Shown one piece after another: positions 31,688-42,920 of a stretch of DNA of 64,000 bases. The DNA lies in contig OZ374561.1 of the NCBI GenBank assembly GCA_977862235.1, positions 496,001 through 560,000 of the forward strand, in the 5' to 3' direction. Source of the DNA: Dudresnaya verticillata (Eukaryota). The notes under the pieces were generated by a model, which saw nothing but the letters and a program-made list of their open reading frames with translations, was not told where the DNA came from and searched no databases. Each line of letters begins with the position of its first letter. The first letter of the stretch is position 1. The translations under genes were made by a program, and so were the position numbers.

Positions 31688-34027
31688 ATGTCTTCTTCTT
31701 CCTCACCGGCAGGCGGACAACCGCAGTCCTTACAAGACTCGGCCCCGCCTCCCTCCACGTTGGGCGCTCCCATATGCCCACCACCGGCCCCTGGCCTTTA
31801 CCCACCGTTATCGGGGCCAATACCAGCCCCTCCGGTCCCGCTAACGACTGGCCGGGGTATGCCTCCAACAGTCGGCCGAGCAGGGTCAGCTTCCACGGCC
31901 GGTGCCGTCCGCGATGAGGTACCGCCAAGGACAGCTCCTCCGATGTCGCCATGGCGCACGCCACCGGCGGCATCCGCTCCGCCAATGACTCCGCTGGCCG
32001 CTCCTGCCAATCTTCGGCCGCCTCCGGTTGACGATGATTCCCAGCCGGAACATGATGTCTGGTTGGGCCGGCAAGAGTTCTGCCAGTATAAGCGCCGTAC
32101 GGCCGATTGGCAACAAGAGGTGAAGAACCAGTTTGGCGAGATGCAAGTCAAGATGTCCACCACGGCTCTGATTAGGGACCAACAGCTTCGCCAGGAGATA
32201 CACTCCGTCATTCTCGACGGTGCACTTACGGCCATAGCCGAACGTTATGATGAGCTTCTGGAAAAGGTTGAGTCGGCCGTTTTCTCTTCCGACGGGAAGG
32301 TAAAACTCCCTGCTCCTCCTGCCCAGACAAGGTCCGAGTCCGCTCGGATGACACCGGCCAATCAACCAGTCTTGGCACCACAGGTTGGTGAACCGGTAGC
32401 AGCAGTGCAGAAGCAATTGGACAAGTTGCAAGATGAGATTACGGCCTTGTCGCATCCTGACAAGGCCCGGCCGAATATTCCAGTGGAAGGGGTACCACCG
32501 CAAGAGGGCAACACTCAAAACAGTGGTGCCGCCCCACAGCCTGCGTTAGTTGGCCCTTCGGGCCCAGCTGAGGTAGGAGAATCTTTCACGGGATATGCCG
32601 GCCATTTGGATGAAACAGGTCTTCCGATCGCAGCGATGGGGCCGATTGAACAGGGTCTAGAGCCTCTCAAGACCCTCCAGGAGCCCTTTCGGAGGGTGGT
32701 GGATTACCGGACCCACCGTCTTCTGGATACCCGGCCGACGATGACGATGGAGGATGCGCGGCGCCTGTCCCGGATGACTCGCCAAATCCGGAACTTGTTC
32801 CCGCAGATGAACCCATTTGATGGCCGACGCCCGATAGAACTTCTTTCTTTCCTTAAGGAGTTCAAGGATGCCTGTGATGGGACAAACGTTCATGAAGGGG
32901 CCGCTTTGCGTCTTCTGGCCTTCTTCACGGCCGGTGATGCGAAGAGGTTCTATTCTGGCCGGATGTCCCGTGGTATACGGTCAGTATACTCCATCTTCCC
33001 GATGAGTGGATTTTCACAAATCAGCTGGCCACACTTAGTCCATGCTTTCATCAAGCGCTACTGCACCGAAGATGTTCTGGCCGCCGCGTTTGACAAAGTG
33101 GCCAGAAGCAAACAGAAAGATACCGAGACAGAAGCGGAATTTGCCGACCGGTTAGGGGACGCGGCGCTGTCGTGCGCCGATGTCTTCTCGGAGAACACCC
33201 TGATCAACCATTATGTGAGGGGTTTACCTTCAACCACTCGTTCGGCCGTAGCTGAGAAGCTTATGCAGATGCGGCCGGAAGAGAAGGACTTCTCGACGGT
33301 GCGCCGCATCGCCATCGCCGAGGGGGAGACGCACAGAGCCTACTTGGCATCTGCACGTCCCAAAACTAGGTCGGCCAGTTCCAGAAGTGCGTTGGTCATC
33401 CCTACCCTTGCGGCCGAGCCTGCTTGGCAGGCGGAGCCCGAGGATATAGCGGCCAACTATGATGATCCGTTTGACACCATACCGGTTATGGCCATTACTC
33501 CTGGCCAGAATGGTGCTCAGCAAACACCGACAATGACACCGACCACACCGTCACCGGCTGGGTCGGTGTCCGGGGGTAATACCCCGGACCCACTCCGGAA
33601 GCCGCCAACATTAACGGCCGATGAGCTGACCAAAGTCGCTATTATGCTACGCAGTGACAAGACCAGCGCCCGTTGTTGGGGTTGTCGTGAATGGGGCCAC
33701 GATTTGTACACTTGTGTGTACTTACCAACGGCCATCAGGAACTTGGTTGCCATACGGAACTTCCGCTTCAGAGATGAGTACTCTAGATGGCACCCAGAAC
33801 AGTTTGCCGGCCGAGGAGGTCGAGGTTACCGCCCCGACCAAAGGAATGTCTCCTTTGGGGATGGAAGGGGACGCCCTCCCCCTCAGGGAATACTCCGACG
33901 GCCGCAACAATCATCTTCGAACCGTGGGAATCGGCAGGCCACGCTAGTCACTACGCAAGAACATCCCATGGATGAGGTGGTGGCCGACGTGGAGTCCGAT
34001 AATTCTTCGTTAGCATCGGGAAACTAG
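31688..34027 (+). CDS. gag: Gag of inner element (779 aa)
   Basis: Pro-rich N-terminus, capsid-like region (PFDG...FLKEF...W...F...Y...Q...ET..EF..RL), CCHC knuckle CWGCREWGHDLYTC. Confidence 0.9.
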   Translation: MSSSSSPAGGQPQSLQDSAPPPSTLGAPICPPPAPGLYPPLSGPIPAPPVPLTTGRGMPPTVGRAGSASTAGAVRDEVPPRTAPPMSPWRTPPAASAPPMTPLAAPANLRPPPVDDDSQPEHDVWLGRQEFCQYKRRTADWQQEVKNQFGEMQVKMSTTALIRDQQLRQEIHSVILDGALTAIAERYDELLEKVESAVFSSDGKVKLPAPPAQTRSESARMTPANQPVLAPQVGEPVAAVQKQLDKLQDEITALSHPDKARPNIPVEGVPPQEGNTQNSGAAPQPALVGPSGPAEVGESFTGYAGHLDETGLPIAAMGPIEQGLEPLKTLQEPFRRVVDYRTHRLLDTRPTMTMEDARRLSRMTRQIRNLFPQMNPFDGRRPIELLSFLKEFKDACDGTNVHEGAALRLLAFFTAGDAKRFYSGRMSRGIRSVYSIFPMSGFSQISWPHLVHAFIKRYCTEDVLAAAFDKVARSKQKDTETEAEFADRLGDAALSCADVFSENTLINHYVRGLPSTTRSAVAEKLMQMRPEEKDFSTVRRIAIAEGETHRAYLASARPKTRSASSRSALVIPTLAAEPAWQAEPEDIAANYDDPFDTIPVMAITPGQNGAQQTPTMTPTTPSPAGSVSGGNTPDPLRKPPTLTADELTKVAIMLRSDKTSARCWGCREWGHDLYTCVYLPTAIRNLVAIRNFRFRDEYSRWHPEQFAGRGGRGYRPDQRNVSFGDGRGRPPPQGILRRPQQSSSNRGNRQATLVTTQEHPMDEVVADVESDNSSLASGN

Positions 34028-37000
34028 CCGGGCCGAGATCTTCGGTCGTGATCCCGTTGCCCGTACACGTCCCAAAACCGGCTAGTCTCGTTTCCATTAA
34101 GTTCTTTCCTTTTAGCCACATCCGTTTTTCTTCCTTGTTAGCCATTGCATGGCGTTTGGCAACGCCAATCCAGGTTTGGTCAACCCATGATTTGACCTAT
34201 CACTGCCCATTTTCATCTAACGGTCTGGTGTGGTCACCGCCTTGGCGCGTCGGCCATACTACATCATCATCATGCACCCCCATACCAAAAGATGAGGGTT
34301 CCTTGCCAAAGAGCGGCCGCAAACTATTGACTGAAGAAAAGACAGAAGAATCCAAGTCGGCCGATGTTTCATCACAAGGTATGGTCTGCATCCTGGGTGG
34401 GGCCAACTATACCCTTTCGGGTTCTTTCGGTCTCACCATCTGTGCCTTGATACCCGGGCCCGTTGTCTTAGACACCTGCTCGGGATGGAACATCATCCGG
34501 CTGGATGCGTTGCCTCCGAATTGGAAGGACAACGCACTTGAGTTGACGTCCCCACCTCTCCTAGGGGACGCCAACCAACGGCCGATTCACTTTCGAGGGG
34601 CCGTTTCCTTGGTCGTGCGCTTAGGCCGTCATTCCTACCGAGTGCCGTTCCTCATCGCCGACCTTCGATTCGCTGTACCTATCCTACTAGGTACAGCCTT
34701 TTTGAACACGCACGTGGATAGCATACAGTGCCGTGGTCAAACCGTGCACTTAGTGCGCGGAGATATCCTTCCGCTTCTCCCTGACAGCACTTCAGTGGCT
34801 CTGGGGGCAGAGCCAACCGCTGCGAAGGGGGCCCCGCCTCCGGGTGGTAGTGGTAATTCCAATTCGGCCAAGCCTCCACGACACTACGCGGCCACTGTAC
34901 GCTTGACAAAAGGTCTGACCATACGGGCAGGTCAACAGGCTACCGTGTCTGTTCGCAGTGACGGCCGAGGATTGTGCGTGCTGGAGCCCAAACATTCTTT
35001 GAGCTTCCGGCACCATACGCGAATGGCCAATGGAGTTGCAGAAGTTCGGCCGCAGAAACCGTTCCAGGTAATGCTGGCCAACTGGGGACGCAAGGATGTA
35101 TTATTACCAAAGGGTACGGTAGTCGGCTACGCCGTCCGTCACCCTATGGCAATCCTGACGCCACACCGACAGAGCGTGGAAAATATGGCCAATGTACTTG
35201 GTCTCACCCCTCTGGTGGAGCAGGATATTAGTCAAGTAGAAGTAGAAGAGGTCGGCCAAGAAAAGGATAAGTCTTCGGAACCAGATCCACCCAGAAACGA
35301 CGCAGAAGAATGGCGGGACAAGATCAAGCTTGATCACATCCCGGACAAGAAGCAACGCAAGAAGATAATGGCCATTCTGGAGAAACACAGTGCGATGTGG
35401 GACGGTTCCTTAGGACAGATCATGGCCACCGAACACCGAATAGACTTGGAAGATGGGGCACGGCCAATAAGAGCCATGCCCTACCGACAGGGACCAGCGT
35501 TACGTGCAATCGCTGAGGCCGACATTAAGAAGCAGTTGGAGGCCGGAGTGATAGAACCATCGCACGGGGAATGGGCATCACCAATTGTCATGGTGCCCAA
35601 AAAGGATGGCACTCTTCGCTTTTGTGTTGACTACCGTCGACTCAATGCGAAGACAGTTGGCGACGCATATCCGCTCCCGCGTATGGATGACTGCATAGAT
35701 TCCCTTGGAGATGCGGCCGTGTTTTCTACCTTGGACTGTAACTCCGGTTATTGGCAGATACCAGTGGCCGAAGAAGACAAGGATAAGACGGCCTTCACTT
35801 CCCACTTGGGAACATTCCGTTATAATCGAATGCCGTTTGGATTGAAGAACGCACCGGCCACATTCCAGCGCGCACTTGATATCGTTTTGTCCGGGGTCCG
35901 ATGGCAAATATGTCTCATCTACTTGGACGATGTCATCGTCTTCTCTAAGAATGTGGAGGATCACCTCGGCCACCTGGACGAGGTACTTACCTTGTTGAAG
36001 GCGGCCGGTATTACGTTGAAGCTGAAGAAGTGTTCGTTCTTCCAGACCAAAGTAGATTACCTGGGTCACGTGGTGACTCCCGGGAAGTTGCGTATGGCCA
36101 TGCAAGGGACGAAGGCAATTCAAGAGGCCGAATTTCCAGGTACCCTTACGGAACTTCGGCCCTTCTTGGGAGCTTGCAATGTCTACCGGAGGTTTGTGGC
36201 CAAATACTCTATGATCGCCCGGCCGCTCACACGTATGCTATGCAAGGACGCAGAGCCAGACTTCGAACAGCCGACAGAGGAACAACGCCATAGTTTCGAG
36301 AAACTGAAGGCAGCCCTAGTCTCACCACCGATCTTAGCCTTACCGCGCTATGGACGGCCGTATGTCATTGAAACGGATGCCAGTGCTTATCAAATCGGGT
36401 GTGTCCTACTCCAAGAACAAGAGGACGAGACATACCACCCAGTAGGATACTGGTCTCGCTCCCTGACCTCGGCCGAGAAGAACTATTCAGCCACGGAGCG
36501 CGAGTGTTTGTCTGTGGTGTGGGCCATTACATCGTTACGGCCATATGTTGAAGGGACGAAGTTCACAGTCCGCACGGACCATGATGCACTTCGGTGGTTG
36601 ATGTCGCTCACAGATTCGTCAGGCCGCCTCACGAGATGGAGATTACGCTTGGCCGAGTTTGACTTTGTGATTGAGTATAAGCCGGGACGCAAGAATCAAG
36701 TCCCCGACGCCCTGTCCCGACTGGTAGCCCCGCTGGAGAGCGGAGACATACGGCCAATAGATGACACTGTACCTGTACTAGACGGTACCCCCTCTATTCT
36801 CACGACCACACGGGACAGGAGAAATCGAGAAGTAGCCAACGCGGCCGATAGGAGGGAACGAGAAAACGAAGACGATGTTGATGCGTGGGAAGAAGAGCAT
36901 CTGATGGCCGATTATACTGACTACGGTCGAGCAGAGGCCTTCAGTCGTGCAGAAGCAGAAGGGAAGGCATCGGAGACACTACCCGCACCATTGACACAGG

Positions 37001-38457
37001 CCGAAATTATAGAAGGGCAGAAAACCGACGACTTCTGCCAGACTATCGTAGCCACGCGTGCCGGTTTGGGGAAGTCCAAGAAACCTCTTTTCTTCGAGAG
37101 TGCCCAGGGAGTCCTCTCCCGGCGGTGCCCTACGGACGGCCGACATCAAATAGTGCTACCCGCTTCGTTACACGGCCGTATTCTTCGGTTGTGTCATCAC
37201 GCAGTTCTTGCAGGTCATCCCGGCCAGAACCGTATGTATCAGACGCTCCGTCGGACGTATTACTGGCCACACATGGCCGCTGATTGCCTTGCCACTATTC
37301 GGAACTGTGGCCAGTGCGCCAAGAATCGGATCCGCAGACTACGCCATACGTCAAGGTTGAAGCTGTTTCCGGCCAATCAACCCTTGGAGAGCGTGGCTAT
37401 GGATCTGCTTGGGCCGTTACCTCGGACGAAGAAAGGCCATGAGCATATATTAGTCATCACATGTCGTTTCTCTAAGCTGACACAGGTAGTACCACTGGCC
37501 AAAATCACTGCATACAATGTGGCCATAGCCTTTTGTACTCACTGGGTTTTCAAATATGGAGCGCCGAAAACAGTACTGACCGACAACGGGGGATAGTTTG
37601 CGGCCAAGTTCTTCCAAGCGGTTTGCCGCCAGTTACAAGTGGCCAATATATTCACGACGACATACCATCCACAGACCAATGGTCAAGTGGAGAGGTATAA
37701 TCGAACGCTGTCGGCCATGCTGCGAAGTTATGTGAACGAACACCAAACCGATTGGGACCAATATGCGGCCGCACTGACGTACGCGTACAACTGTCACGTA
37801 CATCGTTCTACGGGAACTACACCGTTTGACTTGGTGCTGAGTCGACCGCCGGGACCGTTTTCGTTAGAAGCCACGCTAAACCGGCCAAAGCCAACGGGAG
37901 CCGTCAAGGAAGCTTTCCTCCGAAGATTATCGGAAGCTGTGGACCGGGCGTCGGCCAGTCTAACTCGCACGCAGACGCGCTACAAGAAGGACTTTGACCG
38001 TTCAGTGCGAACGGGAAACAAGTCATTGGCCGCAGGGGAGTTCGTCTACTTGGACAACCCAGAAAAACAGCCGAAGAAACTGGAGCACCACGCACAAGGG
38101 CCGTATAAGATTATAAGTAACGATGGCCGAACATTCATGATAGACCGAGGTGGCCAGTTGGAACGCGTGAGCTCTGATCGAGTTGTCGCCGCTCCAAGGC
38201 CACAAGGGCAACCACTGGCTCCAGAAACTATGACCAGTGCTGCCCTTGGCAACCTCCCAGAGGGCGTAGCAGCGACGGCCGAAGAGTATGTCATCGACAA
38301 ACTCATGGACATGCGCCAAGATTCTACCGGCCATCGTTGGTTCCAAGTCAAGTGGTATGGCTATCACGGCCGAACCTGGGAGCCAGAAACTCTCCTACCG
38401 GCCACGTTAGTCTCCCGTTTCTTTGCGCGCATGGCGCGGCGAGCCACACCAACCTAG
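34018..38457 (+). pseudogene. pol: Pol of inner element (PR, dUTPase-like insert, RT, RNase H, IN, chromodomain) with one in-frame stop
   Basis: -1 frame to gag; VLDTCSG and ILLG (PR); RFCVDYRRLN, MPFGLKNAPATFQ, YLDD (RT); TDAS, ERECL, TDH (RNase H); HHCC; MDL, TDNG, VER (DDE); GPY; chromodomain EYVIDKL...VKWYGY..TWEP. TAG at 37594-37596; the frame resumes to 38457. Confidence 0.93.
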
Positions 38458-39285
38458 AGCGACGAAGGTCCGGTGTGAGGTCGGCCATCATAAGTCCAAG
38501 CAAGCGAAGTCAGGAGTTCGGCCGGGAATCGGTAAGCCAGTGTGTGTGTGAAGGAGTAGTGCGTCGGCCAGGTGGGACAGTGCTGGGTGGTAATAACATT
38601 TTGGTGAACACAGCGCGCACCAAAATACGACGGCGGTCATTTAGGGCTGGACTGACCAGGTGCATCTCGGCCAGATCGCGAATGAATGGGCCGAAATCAC
38701 TGAGGAGCACGAGCTGGGGTAAGATGAGTAATAATGATTGGATGGTAAAAACTCACCATCCGGCCCTGGAACGAGTAACGTTAATTGCAGCCAAAAACGT
38801 GCGAACACCCGACAAGACATGGCGGCGGTTCCGACCTTCACGACTTGGCCACTCGCACGGATGCTCCCTCGGAGAAAGACGGCCGAACCATTGCATCGTG
38901 AAGGAGGAACATCGGCCGAAAACGAAGACGAAGCAAATTGGCCGACCTACTGTAGTGCAACCAGAGTGCGGACGCAACCTTGAAATCGGCCAAAGGATGA
39001 AGCTGACGGCCATAAAGCAAGGAGGGGTTTTCGAGAAACCCCTAAGAAGAAGACGACCATTAACATTTAACTCAAGAATGGCCGAACATTAAGTGGAAGA
39101 GCTGTTCCGAAAACAGGGAACCTCTCACCCGATGTCGGCCGAGTACTTACTATTAATGGCCATCAACTTTTCAACATAACAACAACTATACGAGGACGGC
39201 CATGAACACACTAACTTAACATTGGCCGAAGAGGAAAGGACGCCAAGTCTCCACAAGAACTTGGCCATCCACTTGAAGCTGGCAG

Positions 39286-42200
39286 CTAACGCCGGACGTA
39301 GGGGTCAGCGTACTCGTTTGGCCGAGAAGGGTAGGGCATCGGGGACCTTGGTCCCGCTGCCCCACCAGCATCTGAAGAAGGATCGGCCGCACGTGGTAGG
39401 AAGGGACTGGCCGCAGGAAGTGACATAGAAGGAGTGCCGGCCATGCTAGAACGCGGAGCCGCCACTGGTGTGCCAGGTGCCGAAGGCCCAGCGCGAGGAG
39501 GCTCAGGTTGGTAGTCAGACGGCCGAGGAGCAACGCGACTTTGGCCAGAAGGGACATCGAAGACTTGAGCCGGAGTCGTAGGAACCGGCGTCGGTGTGGC
39601 CGCACCCGGCGTCCCAGCGAAGTTGGGCATCATCGGAACATTGGCCGACAATTGCTGGTAAGGGTGATGGTGAGACGGGAATTGGCCGAACGATGGAGCA
39701 GCCAGTGCCCTCATAGAAGCCATCTGGTGGAAGCTACGGTTGCGTTCCAAGTCCAGCAGCGTCTGCTGTTGATGGGCCGAATCGCACCAACGGTCGCGCT
39801 GACGCTTCCACTCCTCACCCTGTTCCTTCTGCATGGCCAATTTCTCTTGAACATCTTGGTTGATACCACTAAGGCGGTTGAGCTCCCGCTTGAGACCGGC
39901 CAACTCTTCTTCACGCTGCTCAATAACGGCCTTATCCGCATCAAGGCAACGTCGGTAGCGCGCGATATCGGCCAAGTCCTTCTCCCGCATCTCCCCGAAT
40001 CGGCCGATGCATTGGTCCAGCTGACGTAGGACAGTAACCAAGGGTGCTTGATTCAGATGGCCCCTCACGCTAAGCTCGGCCACAAGTCGAGGATGCGGCT
40101 GGAGAGTTTGCGGCCGAATTATCGAAGCTTCGTTGGCCACCTCCACGCCGAAGCTGCTACCATGGCGAAAGGTAATCTGCTTACCCCAGTCGAAACCGCA
40201 GTACTGCTCCTCTTTAGATCCACGACGAGAGAATAAGTGGGGACGGTGACGAACAGCATCGGCCAACTTATCGTAGAGGTCAACCACATCTGGCCAATAC
40301 ACGTCGTTGTACAAGTGCTGGTGTGCGGGGTTCACCGGCAACGAAGGAAGATCCTTGATGGCCGAAACTCTCTTCTCGATGTTCGGAAGAGGCATCCACC
40401 ACATCCGCTTGGAAGCTTGAGCTTCGTAGCGGAAGAACATAGCGGCCATAACGTGGATCTCCTTGGTCGTGATCTGCCGGAAGTACCCGCACCAATCCAC
40501 TTCTGTCGGCCGTGTGTTGTACTGATGAACGAAGTAATAGGCCGTCGGACTCAACAAGGGACACTCTCCAGCAGTCGGCCATTCAGACCAAAGGAAGGCC
40601 GGGATTGATGGGAAGGTAGTCACGGGCGGCCAGAAGCACTGTTGCCCACGACCACCGGCCAAGTAGATGTAGCAACCGGTCGTCTGATGAGCAACCCAGT
40701 CGGCCGGCGCAATCACGCGACGCAAGTCCGTGCTGGCCCACTTCGCGCTACGTACCACGGCCTGATCTGCGCGGTCCAACATCCAAGACTGCGGGAAGGC
40801 ATGCCACCAAGTCAACATGTAGGGCATTACGGAGGAACGGCCGGTAAGCGTAAGCCAAGCTTGGTGGACCAGCAGAACGTCGCCCATGTTGAGCAAGAAG
40901 GCGCGGTCGCATCCAATCTCCCATGGCACCCAATACAAGTGGCCGCCAGCGCGTGAGGAACGGAACTGGCGCCAATTATCGGCCAGGTTATCGGGACTCT
41001 CCCGAAGACGGACCATATCCAACTTCGGCGAAGTAGCCACCAACTCCGTGTAGTTGATATCAACTCTCGGAAATTTCGGCCATATGGACATGTCGGGCAA
41101 GCTCGCGTCAAGCAGCAACTCTGGGCCGTCGTGATCTTCGGTCCCCGGTGGGATATGAGACGGCCGATGAGATGCCGTCTGGTTGTGCCTGGCAGGGGCG
41201 GAGTCTTGCGGCAGAGGAGAAGAGACGGCCGGTGTAGAAATCGGCACAGAAGGGCCAAGAGTTGGACGGGCGGCTGATGAGGTCGGCCGATGAACTTCTT
41301 GACTAACGGCCGTGGCATCCACTACATCTTCACGCGGAATAAGTGCAGACTCCCTGGGGTCCGGCGTTGGAGCTGAAACGGCCGGTGAATATGTCTGAGG
41401 AGCCGGAGTGGGAGCCGCTGGGGCAACTTCCCCCTTTTGGTTCGGCCGAGATAAGTCTTCTAACTCGGGCAACTGACTGGCGAAGCGCCGCTGGTCGCCA
41501 TCACTCATCAACATGGCCGGTGGCACAGGGGTATCCGCATCGACGTCGATCACCTCGCTCCTCGAAGGAGGGGGTACCTTCTTTACGGCCGCTGTTTTCT
41601 CTTCTTCGGCCGTTCGTAACTTCTTCGATGGTGGACTGCGTGACGAGGAGGGTTTTAAGCCTGGGCCGGACCAACGAGTAGGCATGAAGGGCGAAGGAGA
41701 TGACCGCAAGCGAGGAGCTAAGCGGTGCACCGTCGGATTATCAGTGGCCTTCTCAGCTGTCGGCCGACGTGGGACAGCGATACCTGCTAAAGCACGCGCC
41801 TTCTCTCGCTCGGCCGCTGCTTCCATAGCTATACGCAAGATGGCCAAGTCCTTTGGGTTGGCCGTCTCAGCACGATCCACCTTCTTCTCATCGGCCGACT
41901 TCTCAGTGGCCGCTTCTGCCGCTTTAGCGTTGCCATCGGGTCCAACGCTGGCAGACGGGGTAGACTGTTTGGCCGAAGTTGGGAGTGGAGCCGGCGGCGC
42001 AATAGCGGTAACGGCCGAAGAAGAGCGTGTCGCCTTCTTGCTGGCCTGCTTGAGAACGGCCGCGTCAACAGGGGCAGACGATGCCCCCGCTACCACTACA
42101 GCGTCGGCCGGAGTTGCGCGCATCACCGGCAAGGGAAGAGCCGAAACCGACGGAATGTTCTTGCGGGAAGCCATATCAGAAGCTGCAGCCACCTTCGGCG

Positions 42201-42708
42201 ACGGTGGAAGAGCAGATATGGCCAACTTCATCGGCTTCGACTTGGTAACGGGAGGGAGCGACGGAGACGATGACGAAAGCAACACCGCATCGGCCGACGT
42301 CTTCTTAGTGGTCTTCTTCGCTTCTTCCAACGCGGCCAAACGACTCTGCAACTCCAAGATTTCCTTATCTTCGGCCGCACGACGTTCGCGGTAGTTGGCC
42401 AGAACCTTCTGCAGTTCTTCTGTATTGGCCAACTTCCTAGCTTCCTTGTCGGCCGTTTTCTTCTCTTGGGGCGCGGCCGTATGTTTCGATGATGAGGGCC
42501 CTGTGACTTTGGCAGGCGCACTCTTGGATGACGACGCCACCGCTTTCCGTAAGTCGGCCATTGTCGGCGGCGCCTTATTCTGCGCTGAGTCGGCCACGTT
42601 GTCGTCACTCGAAGAGTCTGATGAGATGATGCGCGGGGGCGGGGTCTTCTTCGCGCGACGGGAAGAGGGAGCGCGACGCGCGCGCTGCTTGGCCGGGCCG
42701 GTAGTCAT
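39286..42708 (-). CDS. Antisense accessory ORF of inner retrotransposon, 1140 aa, unknown function
   Basis: Uninterrupted 3.4-kb ORF from ATG 42708, between pol and the 3' LTR; protein-like architecture (basic N-terminus, coiled coil, low-complexity linker, Trp/Tyr-rich core, second coiled coil, Pro-rich tail). Confidence 0.8.
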   Translation of the reverse strand: MTTGPAKQRARRAPSSRRAKKTPPPRIISSDSSSDDNVADSAQNKAPPTMADLRKAVASSSKSAPAKVTGPSSSKHTAAPQEKKTADKEARKLANTEELQKVLANYRERRAAEDKEILELQSRLAALEEAKKTTKKTSADAVLLSSSSPSLPPVTKSKPMKLAISALPPSPKVAAASDMASRKNIPSVSALPLPVMRATPADAVVVAGASSAPVDAAVLKQASKKATRSSSAVTAIAPPAPLPTSAKQSTPSASVGPDGNAKAAEAATEKSADEKKVDRAETANPKDLAILRIAMEAAAEREKARALAGIAVPRRPTAEKATDNPTVHRLAPRLRSSPSPFMPTRWSGPGLKPSSSRSPPSKKLRTAEEEKTAAVKKVPPPSRSEVIDVDADTPVPPAMLMSDGDQRRFASQLPELEDLSRPNQKGEVAPAAPTPAPQTYSPAVSAPTPDPRESALIPREDVVDATAVSQEVHRPTSSAARPTLGPSVPISTPAVSSPLPQDSAPARHNQTASHRPSHIPPGTEDHDGPELLLDASLPDMSIWPKFPRVDINYTELVATSPKLDMVRLRESPDNLADNWRQFRSSRAGGHLYWVPWEIGCDRAFLLNMGDVLLVHQAWLTLTGRSSVMPYMLTWWHAFPQSWMLDRADQAVVRSAKWASTDLRRVIAPADWVAHQTTGCYIYLAGGRGQQCFWPPVTTFPSIPAFLWSEWPTAGECPLLSPTAYYFVHQYNTRPTEVDWCGYFRQITTKEIHVMAAMFFRYEAQASKRMWWMPLPNIEKRVSAIKDLPSLPVNPAHQHLYNDVYWPDVVDLYDKLADAVRHRPHLFSRRGSKEEQYCGFDWGKQITFRHGSSFGVEVANEASIIRPQTLQPHPRLVAELSVRGHLNQAPLVTVLRQLDQCIGRFGEMREKDLADIARYRRCLDADKAVIEQREEELAGLKRELNRLSGINQDVQEKLAMQKEQGEEWKRQRDRWCDSAHQQQTLLDLERNRSFHQMASMRALAAPSFGQFPSHHHPYQQLSANVPMMPNFAGTPGAATPTPVPTTPAQVFDVPSGQSRVAPRPSDYQPEPPRAGPSAPGTPVAAPRSSMAGTPSMSLPAASPFLPRAADPSSDAGGAAGPRSPMPYPSRPNEYADPYVRR

Positions 42709-42909
42709 CGCTACGCGACGGCCGAGAAGTAGCGTAGAAGAAGGTGGAAGGAGGTGAAGAGTAAGGAGCGCAGTCGGCCGTAGGGAGCGGGTGTGCACAG
42801 TGAAGGTGCGCGTGCTGAGGATGATGGCCGGGGGTGAGGGTGCCAGACGACGCGGCGCCCGTCTTGATATAACCGTGATCCGAGCTCGCGGCCGGGGGTC
42901 CGCGCTTGC

Positions 42910-42917
42910 GAAGGGGG
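42910..42917 (+). promoter_or_regulatory. Short polypurine tract of inner element
   Basis: GAAGGGGG ending 3 nt before the 3' LTR. Confidence 0.6.
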
Positions 42918-42920
42918 CTC

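Noticed and set aside
37594..37602. Programmed stop-codon readthrough in integrase
   Set aside because: Context TAG-TTT lacks a known readthrough motif and sits inside the catalytic core; a CAG-to-TAG mutation is simpler.
39286..42708. env gene or DNA methyltransferase as identity of the accessory ORF
   Set aside because: Antisense orientation with no signal peptide or TM helix; no FxGxG, PC or ENV methyltransferase motif set recognisable by eye.
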